Of a stretch of DNA of 58,166 nucleotides, positions 26,131 through 34,434 are shown one piece after another. The stretch spans positions 1 to 58,166 of the IMG/VR virus record IMGVR_UViG_3300010371_000006; one strand, given 5' to 3'. The notes under the pieces were generated by a model. That model saw only the letters and a program-made list of their open reading frames with translations. It had not been told where the DNA came from and did not search any database. This DNA comes from a virus (taxonomy: Duplodnaviria; Caudoviricetes). Numbering within the stretch: position 1 is the first letter of the stretch; each line of letters opens with the position of its first letter. The position numbers and the translations under genes are program-made.

Positions 26131-26670
26131 ATGCCCACCCGCAGCCGCAGCACGAAGGCGAAGGCCGCGCCGAAGGTCGAAGAGCCCGAGGTCGAAGAGG
26201 TCATCGAGGACGAGGAGTTCGACGAGGTCGAGGAGGTCGAGGCCACCGAGGCGCCGGCCAAGAAGACGGGCAGTCGACCGACCGTCGACTTCGGCATCCG
26301 ACAGGTCTGCGACCTCATCAAGCAGAAGACCGGCAAGGAGGTCACCCCCCGCGACCTCCGGGTGCTGGCCCGGAAGCTGGCCAAGGACGGCTCCAACCGC
26401 ATCGACCGCGAGATCGTCGCCGGCAACCGCTCGCAGTACAGCTGGTCCGGCCCGAAGGACCCGGAGGTCGTGGCGCTGGTCGCGGCCTACACCGCCGGCG
26501 AGGGCGACGCCGAGAAGAAGGCGAAGCTGCAGGAGCTCAAGGACCGCCAGGCCGCCAAGAAGTCGGCCGCGCCGGCGAAGGCCCCCAAGAAGACCGCCAA
26601 GAAGGCCGCGCCGCCGGTCGAGGAGATCGACGAGGACGAGGACTTCGACCTCGACGAGGACGACGAGTAA
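26131..26670 (+). CDS. HTH-like DNA-binding protein with acidic and Lys/Ala-rich low-complexity tails
   Basis: TPRDLRVLARKL...RSQYSW core; PAKAPKKTAKK; RBS AGGAGG; strong codon bias. Confidence 0.7.
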   Translation: MPTRSRSTKAKAAPKVEEPEVEEVIEDEEFDEVEEVEATEAPAKKTGSRPTVDFGIRQVCDLIKQKTGKEVTPRDLRVLARKLAKDGSNRIDREIVAGNRSQYSWSGPKDPEVVALVAAYTAGEGDAEKKAKLQELKDRQAAKKSAAPAKAPKKTAKKAAPPVEEIDEDEDFDLDEDDE

Positions 26671-26692
26671 CCATTCACCGCATCGCCGGCGA

Positions 26693-26733
26693 GAGGCCGG
26701 CAGCCTAAACTGAATCACTAGGCTGCCGGCCTC
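26693..26733 (+). terminator. Stem-loop/terminator
   Basis: GAGGCCGGCAGCCTA/TAGGCTGCCGGCCTC. Confidence 0.65.
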
Positions 26734-26756
26734 CGGTGTAGCCTGAGAGAGAGTCC

Positions 26757-27293
26757 ATGATCTTACCAGTGATACTGGGTCAGGCACCATCCCGTCAGGG
26801 AGATGGCCGACCTTTCACCGGCCCTAGTGGGGACCGGTTGCTCAAGATGATCGGGGTGGCGACTCGAGACGACCTGCTCACGTTGTTCCGCCTGGAGAAC
26901 TTGTTCAACACTCCGTTGCCCCCACACCCGCCGCGCAAGCCCAACGGCCACACGGTGAAGAACACCTTCAACAAGGCCCGAGGTCGTGAGGCTGCGTTGG
27001 ACTTCGTCCAGCGGCAGAACGACTACCTGATCAACCAGCTGGGTCCGAAGGGTGCCGAAGACTTCCACAAGGTCCACAATTACATCGAGGTCATCGTCCT
27101 CGGCAAGAAGGTGTGGGAATCGTTCGGACTGAGGGGTGACGCGAGCTTGTTCTCCTCGGTGCGTAGTCGCCGGTGGTACATCCAGTTCTACCGGTTCCCT
27201 CATCCGAGCGGGCTGAACCATCAGCTCAACGATCCCGAGATCCTCCAAGCAGCTTCTCAGCACTTGAAGCGCATCGCCGGCATTACCTCTTGA
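26757..27293 (+). CDS. Uracil-DNA glycosylase superfamily protein
   Basis: LGQAP, PFTGPSG, ENL, VLGKK, FPHPSGLN. Confidence 0.8.
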   Translation: MILPVILGQAPSRQGDGRPFTGPSGDRLLKMIGVATRDDLLTLFRLENLFNTPLPPHPPRKPNGHTVKNTFNKARGREAALDFVQRQNDYLINQLGPKGAEDFHKVHNYIEVIVLGKKVWESFGLRGDASLFSSVRSRRWYIQFYRFPHPSGLNHQLNDPEILQAASQHLKRIAGITS

Positions 27294-27348
27294 CCGAGGG
27301 CTGCCAGCGATCCTAATCGCTTCCCTAGAATCTCCTCGACACACAAAA

Positions 27349-27391
27349 GATCGCCCCCCGCTGATGGCCATGATATCAGCGAGGGGCGATC
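27349..27391. terminator. Stem-loop between convergent genes
   Basis: GATCGCCCC.CGCTGAT/ATCAGCG.GGGGCGATC. Confidence 0.65.
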
Positions 27392-27415
27392 CACTGTCAG
27401 TATATGATGAACGTG

Positions 27416-28474
27416 CTACAGTTGCAACGCAGCGTTGGTCTCCTTGCCCGCGACCCCGTCGGCCTTGAGCTCAGCCGAGGTCTGGAAGTGGACGACCGCG
27501 TCGTGAGTCAGGTGGCCGAAGTTCCCATCCACCTTGAGACCGTAGCCGTGCAGGGCGTTCAGCCGAGTCTGCAGCCACTTCACCGCTGAGCCAGTGTTAC
27601 CCTGCTTCAGCTGCGGGCGAGTCGTGTCGTAGATCAAGTTCAGCTTCTGCCAGGTGACCGGGCCAACGACCCCATCGTCCGCAATCTCCGCCGCGTGCTG
27701 GAAGACGATGATCGCGTGCTGGGTGTGAACCCCGAGATCATCGTCCACTTGGAGTGTGGGGGAGAATGGCCAGCGGTTGAGCTGGATCTGCACCTGCTTG
27801 ACAGTGGCCACCCAACCGTGAGGGATCGCCGGCAGATGCTGGGGCGGTTTCGGAACTGTGGGCGGGGTATCCCACACCACATTGGCGTCGGCCGCGTCAG
27901 CGTCGACGTGCTGCCCACCCACGATCGCGTTGCTCGTGAACTGCAGAATGTCGGGCTTCTTGTTGCCGTACTGGTTCCAGCCGGCGAAGCCATCGCCCGG
28001 ATACAGCGACGAGGCGTAGCCGGGGGCGTTGGTCGGGTAGTCGCTGGCGATCAGGTAGCGGATGCGCAGCTTGGACAGATCGGGCGAGCCGATCTCGACC
28101 CATCGCCAGTGGGGCAGGTAGAGGTCGACAGCGTCGAACTCTTCGGTGTGGGCCGCCTCGACATGTTCAGTCAGCTCGGCCAGGTTACGAGCGCCGCCCG
28201 TCTCCTCGTCGAGCATGCACTCCTTGACGTTGGGACCGACGATGTGGCGCAGGTACTTCATCTGCGCGTCGCCGTCCTCCAGCGTGCAGTAGTGGTAGGG
28301 AATCTCATGGAGGCCGCCGGGGTTCGCTGCCCAGGTGGCGTAGTAGGGATCGACGTAGTTAGTGCCCTGCGTGGCCTTGACGTAGGCGAACGCGAAGCCC
28401 TCGCCATGAACCTCAGATAGGTTCATTCCCTTCTGATACGAGGCTATATCCACCCCGTACATCTTCGGTGCCAT
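27416..28474 (-). CDS. Endolysin: GH25 muramidase with two peptidoglycan-binding domains
   Basis: GVDIASYQ, KATQG, YHY, LDEE, ILQFT; DGVVGPVTW and DGVAGKET repeats. Confidence 0.92.
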   Translation of the reverse strand: MAPKMYGVDIASYQKGMNLSEVHGEGFAFAYVKATQGTNYVDPYYATWAANPGGLHEIPYHYCTLEDGDAQMKYLRHIVGPNVKECMLDEETGGARNLAELTEHVEAAHTEEFDAVDLYLPHWRWVEIGSPDLSKLRIRYLIASDYPTNAPGYASSLYPGDGFAGWNQYGNKKPDILQFTSNAIVGGQHVDADAADANVVWDTPPTVPKPPQHLPAIPHGWVATVKQVQIQLNRWPFSPTLQVDDDLGVHTQHAIIVFQHAAEIADDGVVGPVTWQKLNLIYDTTRPQLKQGNTGSAVKWLQTRLNALHGYGLKVDGNFGHLTHDAVVHFQTSAELKADGVAGKETNAALQL

Positions 28475-28799
28475 CCAGTCTCTCCCTTCGATATCTACCC
28501 CTGAACAGGGTGTAGGTCACCTTGCCACCTCGCCACGTCATCGCCAGTAGCACGATCCACTCTGCGACGAGGAAGTACCATTGCCACCCAGACGTAGCGG
28601 TCCTGACATGGTAGAGCCGGCGAAGCTCGATGGGCATGTCGAGCATCCACAGGCCGAGGTCCATGATCATGACCATCCAGCCGAAGTCGTAGGTGTACCA
28701 GTTCCCCCACCATGTCCAGAACACGAAGATGAGAAGGGGCACTATCAAGAAACCATAGCTTGCGGTAGCGCTAAGCCAACCTTCTACGCCCGTGTTCAT
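28413..28799 (-). CDS. Membrane protein, putative holin
   Basis: About three hydrophobic segments; adjacent to the endolysin. Confidence 0.55.
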   Translation of the reverse strand: MNTGVEGWLSATASYGFLIVPLLIFVFWTWWGNWYTYDFGWMVMIMDLGLWMLDMPIELRRLYHVRTATSGWQWYFLVAEWIVLLAMTWRGGKVTYTLFRGRYRRERLDGTEDVRGGYSLVSEGNEPI

Positions 28800-28806
28800 G
28801 GTTCCC

Positions 28807-29046
28807 TTATGTCTCCTTTGGTCTAGCCTCGCTCAACTTCTCGAGGAGTTGGCCGAAGCCGTTGCGCTGGTCGATACGCCTAGCTCGAGCACCCACCGCC
28901 TCAGCTCGACGACGGTGGGACTGAGCTTCTTCAAGAGCGAGCCTGCTCTCCTCCACAGCCTGGAGTACCGGACCGAAATCCGTCTCCTCGGCCTCGCCCC
29001 CGGAAGACTCAGCCTTGTGAAGATGCTTGAAGATGTGCAACTTCAT
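28807..29046 (-). CDS. Hypothetical lysis-cassette protein
   Basis: Helical, with an RNGFG motif; lies between membrane-protein genes. Confidence 0.6.
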   Translation of the reverse strand: MKLHIFKHLHKAESSGGEAEETDFGPVLQAVEESRLALEEAQSHRRRAEAVGARARRIDQRNGFGQLLEKLSEARPKET

Positions 29047-29365
29047 CCGGTTCTCCCTGGTGTGCGCTAGCAGTCAGCGCGTGGAGTGCCTTAGTAGTTA
29101 CCTCACCCACAGTGATGAGGTTGTTGGAAGATCGCATGATCTCGAGGTTAGCTGTCCGGTAGTTCTCAGCTATCTCTCGCCAGAGAGCGATCTCCTTGTC
29201 CTTCTGTTCGAGCTGTCGATCCTTGGACTTGATGTCCTCGTTCTTGGACTTGACGATCTGGTTGTGTGTCCACCGGGGAATCAAGTAACCGAAGAGTACC
29301 GACAGAATGAAGATGGCGACAAGCGCGCCGGCGCCGTACTGCAGATTAGAAACCCCGGTGATCAC
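29009..29365 (-). CDS. Membrane protein with coiled coil (lysis cassette)
   Basis: N-terminal TM helix, LIPRW, coiled coil. Confidence 0.65.
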   Translation of the reverse strand: MITGVSNLQYGAGALVAIFILSVLFGYLIPRWTHNQIVKSKNEDIKSKDRQLEQKDKEIALWREIAENYRTANLEIMRSSNNLITVGEVTTKALHALTASAHQGEPDEVAHLQASSQG

Positions 29366-29380
29366 GGTCTCCCTCTTCTG

Positions 29381-29752
29381 TTACTCCTCGTCGGACTCCG
29401 CATCGATCATGGTGGCCCGCTTGTTCACCCTGAGCACGGTGCCCCCGAGGTTGCCGTTGTTCATCTCCCCGATGAAGGTGTCCGGTTCGAAGCCGTGGCT
29501 CCGCAGCGAGTCCTTGAACAACTGGAAGTCACGGAGCTGGGCTCCCTGGGCCTCGCACTGGATGGCGAGCCGACGGTGTTCGCGGGCCTCGTGCTCGTGC
29601 ATCCCCCGAAGCTGTTCGAAGCCGGCTCGCTGCAGGGTGAGCTGCTGGTTGAGCTCGCTGTTGTCCTTCTGCAGCTGGGCCATCAGGTACTGCGGATCGA
29701 CGCGGAATTCGTCCGTCGGCGTCATGGTCGTGAGTTCTTCAGAGTTATCCAC
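29381..29752 (-). CDS. Hypothetical coiled-coil protein
   Basis: GTG after AGGAGG. Confidence 0.65.
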   Translation of the reverse strand: MDNSEELTTMTPTDEFRVDPQYLMAQLQKDNSELNQQLTLQRAGFEQLRGMHEHEAREHRRLAIQCEAQGAQLRDFQLFKDSLRSHGFEPDTFIGEMNNGNLGGTVLRVNKRATMIDAESDEE

Positions 29753-29789
29753 TGTGCCTCCTAGTAGGGGTTACATCCCTCCCATCATA

Positions 29790-30239
29790 TCATCTGCCCA
29801 TCTGACTTCGAAGGTCCCGAACGTGTTTACGTTGTATAGCAAGTGCTGGATGGTGTGGGTTCCAAGCCCTCCGGATGACATCCAGCTGGTTGTTAGGATC
29901 GAGATGTACGACCCGAGATTTAGCCGCTTCCACACGGCCGAGGTGAGCCTGCCGAGCCGTCGCCTCGTCAGTATTCCACAGGTGGGTGGGGTTGCTGTGA
30001 ACGTTGTCGGTCATGTGGAATTCGTAGATCGCGACTTCGATCAACTTGTCGATGTCGTTCGGATCGAGGTTGTACTCCGCGACTCGCCATTGAAGCCTGC
30101 TGTGTGGGAAGATGTACATCCAGGAGGAACCCCCCTCGATGTCATGATCGATGAACCAAAGCGGCTCAGGGTAGTGAGACTTCTGCTCGGATGATGCATC
30201 CCGAACCCGAGTGATGGTGCGCTTCTCCACTGTCATCAT
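29790..30239 (-). CDS. Hypothetical protein downstream of the tail tip gene
   Basis: TAATG coupling to the tail protein gene. Confidence 0.65.
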   Translation of the reverse strand: MMTVEKRTITRVRDASSEQKSHYPEPLWFIDHDIEGGSSWMYIFPHSRLQWRVAEYNLDPNDIDKLIEVAIYEFHMTDNVHSNPTHLWNTDEATARQAHLGRVEAAKSRVVHLDPNNQLDVIRRAWNPHHPALAIQRKHVRDLRSQMGR

Positions 30240-33200
30240 TACCTCAATCGCCAAGCCCAGAAGAAGATTGACCAGGTGGCAGGCGACGACCCTGACAGAG
30301 TGAAGGCGAAGCCAGTGCTGGTCAGGCCGTTGACGTTACCACCCGTCTGACCTATTGTACCACAAGAGTACTGAACCACGGGAACAGTCGTGCTGATGGG
30401 CGTCGGGCCGAATCCGATGTTCGCCCCACCGGCAGTAGCCGTTAGACCACCGATGTCCGCTGTGATAATTCCCGTCCAGGCAAAGACCCCAGTCCAGTTA
30501 GGCTGAAATCCGTCAATCTCCCACTTCGAGTCTGTAGACGAGGCGTCGTAGTCGAAACGCAACTGACCGCCATGTGCAGCCCCCTCGATGAACGTGCCGA
30601 TGACCGAGAAGGTGGGACCGATGTAGACAAGCCCCCCATTAGCCACTTCGTTGTTGTAGTCTATGCAACGGTAGCTTGAACCGACTTCATCCGCCATCAG
30701 TAGCTGGTAGGCGTAGGTACCGGCAGAATGGGGGAAAGAACCACTCATCAGCATAACGCCGGCTGAGTTACCGCCCACATGAGCGGTGGACAACACGGAG
30801 CTGTTGCTATTGCTGGAGTCGAACATACGCATGGTGGGATAGACTGCCGTGGCTGCTGAACCTCCGCCAATCTGATTGCCGAAGAGGTTCGGCACTAGAG
30901 TGACGTCCTGAGAGTTCATGACTATCTTGGCAGTGCCACTCTGAGCTGACAGAGTCAACGAAGTACTACTGTCATTGACATCGAAGGTGAGAGCACCGGT
31001 TGCATCGTAAGCATGGAAGCCGGTGCCATCCATGACGCATCGCTGACCCGAGGCGGCTGTGCCGATCGACCCTGAGATGATCACTCCGGCGGACAGCGTG
31101 CCGGCGATGATCTTGTTGGCGGAGACTGTGCCGATCTTGGCGTCGGTGATCGCCGCGTTAGCTATGAGGAAGTTGTCCTGCTGCATCCGCACTTCGATGT
31201 TGTCCGCCCACACCTGCCCCGCTGTGTGGGAGGATGTAGCCAGGACGAACTGCGCAATCACTGCCCCAGTCGGCGCTGTCACAGCCTGAGTGGCGATGCG
31301 ACTTCGCCAGGTGTTGTCGTTGGTCGACGGGGCTGTCTGACAGTAGCTCAGGTCGGAGTACCCCAGCGACGCGCCGGTGATGTCACGGAAGGTTACTCCC
31401 ACAGCCACACGCATGGTTCCCGTAACCGCAGCGCTGACCTTCCAGTCAGCTGCACCCATGAACGTCTGGCCCACCGTGCAGTTGACCGTGTTGAGCACGA
31501 TCGTCTCAGTGGTCTGACCACCGGTGCCGAAGTGGGTGATAGACCAGGTGCCTGAGGAGGAGGTGGTGTTGTCCAGGCCCCAGTGACTACCACCGAACTG
31601 AGCGTTGCGGGTGGCTCGCCAGTTCGCGTCTTCGAACGAGCCGTTGTCGATCAGGTTACCGACGTCAGAGAAGGACAGGTTGGAGATGCTGACCTGACCT
31701 GTGTTGATGTCGGTGGCTACGACCTGCGCAAGAGTAGCCGAGCCAGCAGCCGACGGAGTCGAAGCGTTGCCCGTACGATCGAAGGCGACCAGTCGTGCAT
31801 AGTATGTTGTTCCATAAGTGAGTACTGCAGATGGGACTGTGACTGTGCCTCCGCCACGCATGTTCTGGTACAGGTTGGCGGATGAGGGGGTGAAGGTGGG
31901 GGAGGAGGAATCGACGTAGACTGCGACATGGTCGAAGTCGCCCGGCATGTTGCCGCCGAGGTTGTCCTTCGCATCCCACGTGATCGACAGCTGACCCAGC
32001 AGCGAAGTCACCCCAGGTGTGGAGGGTGTGTTCGGCGGGAGGGTGTCTGATGCAGTCGTGATCGTCTGAGTGGCTGACCAACCCGAGTAGTTCGCCTGCG
32101 AGTCGTAGCACTGAACCCGGTAGTCGTACTGCACGGCAGGCTGGAGCGCGCCGACATAGAATGACAGGGTGTTGCTGTCGCAGTTGAAGGTGGTCCAGTC
32201 GGTGGAGCCGTGCACCGTGACCTGAATCTGATACCCGGCGATGTTGGTGTCGACTTTGCCGGTGGTGTCCTCGGTGACTGCTGACCACGCCACGGTGATC
32301 TCAGCCATGGTGTGGCCCTGGTTGTCCAGGTACGGTGCGGTGCCGGCGGACACAGTGGCAGGTACAGCCGGAGGATTGAGAATCTCGTTGACCTTGGTAG
32401 TCTCCGAGCCACCAAGAATCGTGCTACCATTCTCGATCGCATCGACCTGAGCCTGCAGCCTGGTGAGGAACTCCCCGAAGATGTTGTCCAGGGCTGTGGT
32501 GCCGGTCAGCACTCCTTCGTTGTCTTCAGTGATGGAGTACTGCAGAACTCGCTGACGGTAGTTGGTGCCGTCGATACTTGTCCACACCCAGTCGCCGAGT
32601 TCGAAGTCGACGCTTGGCACGGGACTGCTGGGATCACTGAAGATCAATTCATTGGTGCGTGCGATCACGTCGATCGACGCCGCCTCAGCAGCCTGATCTC
32701 CCAGTTGTACGAGCTGCAGCAGATCGGTGATGCCCGATGCACTTGTGCCAGTTTCGCGACGGCCTCTCAGGGCGACTGCAGGAGTGTATTGGGTTTCTGC
32801 GTACAGGTTGGCCGACCCACTGGCAAGCACGACCGTCTTCAGATCCCTGGTGCTCTCCTGGACGCTCGACTGGGTGAGGTCGCGCCCCTTACGGATGATC
32901 ACCGGCGGACTCTGGGTCGTACGGTCCACCCCTAGCGTCTGGTAGTTGTACAGCTTCAGGCTGTACACATCCATGACCGCGTCACACTGGGCGTAGGACT
33001 GCAGGTCCTGTACCACCTGTAGGTAGGTAGTTTGGGCGTCCCATGAGATCGAGATCGCCGTGGCCCAGGGCTGACCTGCCGAGTCGTGGGTGTCGGTGAA
33101 GCTGGAGATGTCGATCTCGACGATCGTGCCTCGCAGCTGAGCCGCCTGAACTAGCGTACGCAGAATGAAGCCCGGAGTGTCTGCGGTGAAGGAGAAGCTC

Positions 33201-33556
33201 GGCGGATCGCTGCTGTGGGGCCAGTTCTCGGGGTAGACGATCGCCCGCTCCATGCGAGCCATGGAGGTACGGCAGGTGATCTGAGCGAGGGCGCCCTCCT
33301 CGGCAGGATCCGCATCATTCCAGGATCGCTGCTCCATGGTCGAGCGAAGCAGGCCCAGCTCCACACCACCGTAGAAAACCGCGAGGTCGCGGTCCATGAC
33401 GACCTGCTCGTAGTTGTTGCCGTTGTTTGGGTAGGAGAACTGTACTGTGCCTGCGTCGCTGATGACGGGCGAGACCGTCCATCCAGCAGTGTCGCCAAGC
33501 ACCCACTCAGGCTTACCCGTGGTCGGATCGATGACTCGGAGTTCGAAGGTCTTCAT
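30239..33556 (-). CDS. Minor tail protein (Tal/central fibre) with FN3 and carbohydrate-binding-like domains
   Basis: 1105 aa, follows the Dit gene; FN3 signatures (LQPAVQYDYRVQ, YYARLVAFD); NLIDNGSFE; AITDAKIGTVSANKI. Confidence 0.85.
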   Translation of the reverse strand: MKTFELRVIDPTTGKPEWVLGDTAGWTVSPVISDAGTVQFSYPNNGNNYEQVVMDRDLAVFYGGVELGLLRSTMEQRSWNDADPAEEGALAQITCRTSMARMERAIVYPENWPHSSDPPSFSFTADTPGFILRTLVQAAQLRGTIVEIDISSFTDTHDSAGQPWATAISISWDAQTTYLQVVQDLQSYAQCDAVMDVYSLKLYNYQTLGVDRTTQSPPVIIRKGRDLTQSSVQESTRDLKTVVLASGSANLYAETQYTPAVALRGRRETGTSASGITDLLQLVQLGDQAAEAASIDVIARTNELIFSDPSSPVPSVDFELGDWVWTSIDGTNYRQRVLQYSITEDNEGVLTGTTALDNIFGEFLTRLQAQVDAIENGSTILGGSETTKVNEILNPPAVPATVSAGTAPYLDNQGHTMAEITVAWSAVTEDTTGKVDTNIAGYQIQVTVHGSTDWTTFNCDSNTLSFYVGALQPAVQYDYRVQCYDSQANYSGWSATQTITTASDTLPPNTPSTPGVTSLLGQLSITWDAKDNLGGNMPGDFDHVAVYVDSSSPTFTPSSANLYQNMRGGGTVTVPSAVLTYGTTYYARLVAFDRTGNASTPSAAGSATLAQVVATDINTGQVSISNLSFSDVGNLIDNGSFEDANWRATRNAQFGGSHWGLDNTTSSSGTWSITHFGTGGQTTETIVLNTVNCTVGQTFMGAADWKVSAAVTGTMRVAVGVTFRDITGASLGYSDLSYCQTAPSTNDNTWRSRIATQAVTAPTGAVIAQFVLATSSHTAGQVWADNIEVRMQQDNFLIANAAITDAKIGTVSANKIIAGTLSAGVIISGSIGTAASGQRCVMDGTGFHAYDATGALTFDVNDSSTSLTLSAQSGTAKIVMNSQDVTLVPNLFGNQIGGGSAATAVYPTMRMFDSSNSNSSVLSTAHVGGNSAGVMLMSGSFPHSAGTYAYQLLMADEVGSSYRCIDYNNEVANGGLVYIGPTFSVIGTFIEGAAHGGQLRFDYDASSTDSKWEIDGFQPNWTGVFAWTGIITADIGGLTATAGGANIGFGPTPISTTVPVVQYSCGTIGQTGGNVNGLTSTGFAFTLSGSSPATWSIFFWAWRLR

Positions 33557-34434
33557 TACGCGACCACGTACTTCCTGTAGCCAGTGACTGTGAGCTGGGT
33601 GTGGGAGTCGGGATTAGTGCAGCTCCATGCGATCTGAGGCGCAGAGTTCTGCCAGCCTGGCGGCAACGACAGCCAGAAGTTAGATCCCGAATGGGTGATG
33701 TCGGACACCAGTGGTGATCCACTCGATGCAGACACACCCCAGTCACTAGAGTCCAGTGTCAGAGTAGCTGCCGAGTTCACCCCTGCGTTGTACTGCACCC
33801 AGCAGTCGAGCTCCAGGGGTGAGCCATTCTCCAGCGCTTGCAGCTTGAACTGGGACACCTTGCCGGTCACTGTGAACTGCAGGTCTTCCATGGGTGCCGT
33901 GGCCCCGATGAAAGACTGGAGCGTCAAGATCTCAGAGACAGGCAGGCCTGCCGGTGAGGCCCATGTCACCGGGTTTACATCTCGCCAGAATGGGTTCGGT
34001 AGAGTGAACGCCACGTTGAACTTGGCGAGCGGATTCGCCGCCGAGCTCTCGGGAGTGATGACAGCCAGCACCTCAGCGTCACACTGTCGAACACTGCCGT
34101 CCGGTTTGACCTGCTGTATGTTGATCAGACCGGTTCGTCGGGTGAAGACTTGCATCAGCATGTCCAGGTTCTCGTAGAACAACCGACGCTGTATCTTCTG
34201 TGTGGGAACGGATCCGTCGCTGAGCGCGCCCTTCACCCACATGGTGAGAGTGAAGGAGCCCTCCTGGAACTTCTTGTTCCGAACACGCAGCGTGCCATGA
34301 CGACCCGGGATCTCCACGTTCTTGGTTCGGAGATCTGGGGTCGTCATACGACCGGTGATGGTCGATATGTTGTACGCATACGTGTTGAGAACAACTCCAT
34401 CGACAGAGACCGTCTCGGCGGTTGATACTGCCAT
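33556..34434 (-). CDS. Distal tail (Dit-like) protein
   Basis: Follows the tape measure gene; EIPGRHG and F.LPNPFW motifs. Confidence 0.8.
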   Translation of the reverse strand: MAVSTAETVSVDGVVLNTYAYNISTITGRMTTPDLRTKNVEIPGRHGTLRVRNKKFQEGSFTLTMWVKGALSDGSVPTQKIQRRLFYENLDMLMQVFTRRTGLINIQQVKPDGSVRQCDAEVLAVITPESSAANPLAKFNVAFTLPNPFWRDVNPVTWASPAGLPVSEILTLQSFIGATAPMEDLQFTVTGKVSQFKLQALENGSPLELDCWVQYNAGVNSAATLTLDSSDWGVSASSGSPLVSDITHSGSNFWLSLPPGWQNSAPQIAWSCTNPDSHTQLTVTGYRKYVVA

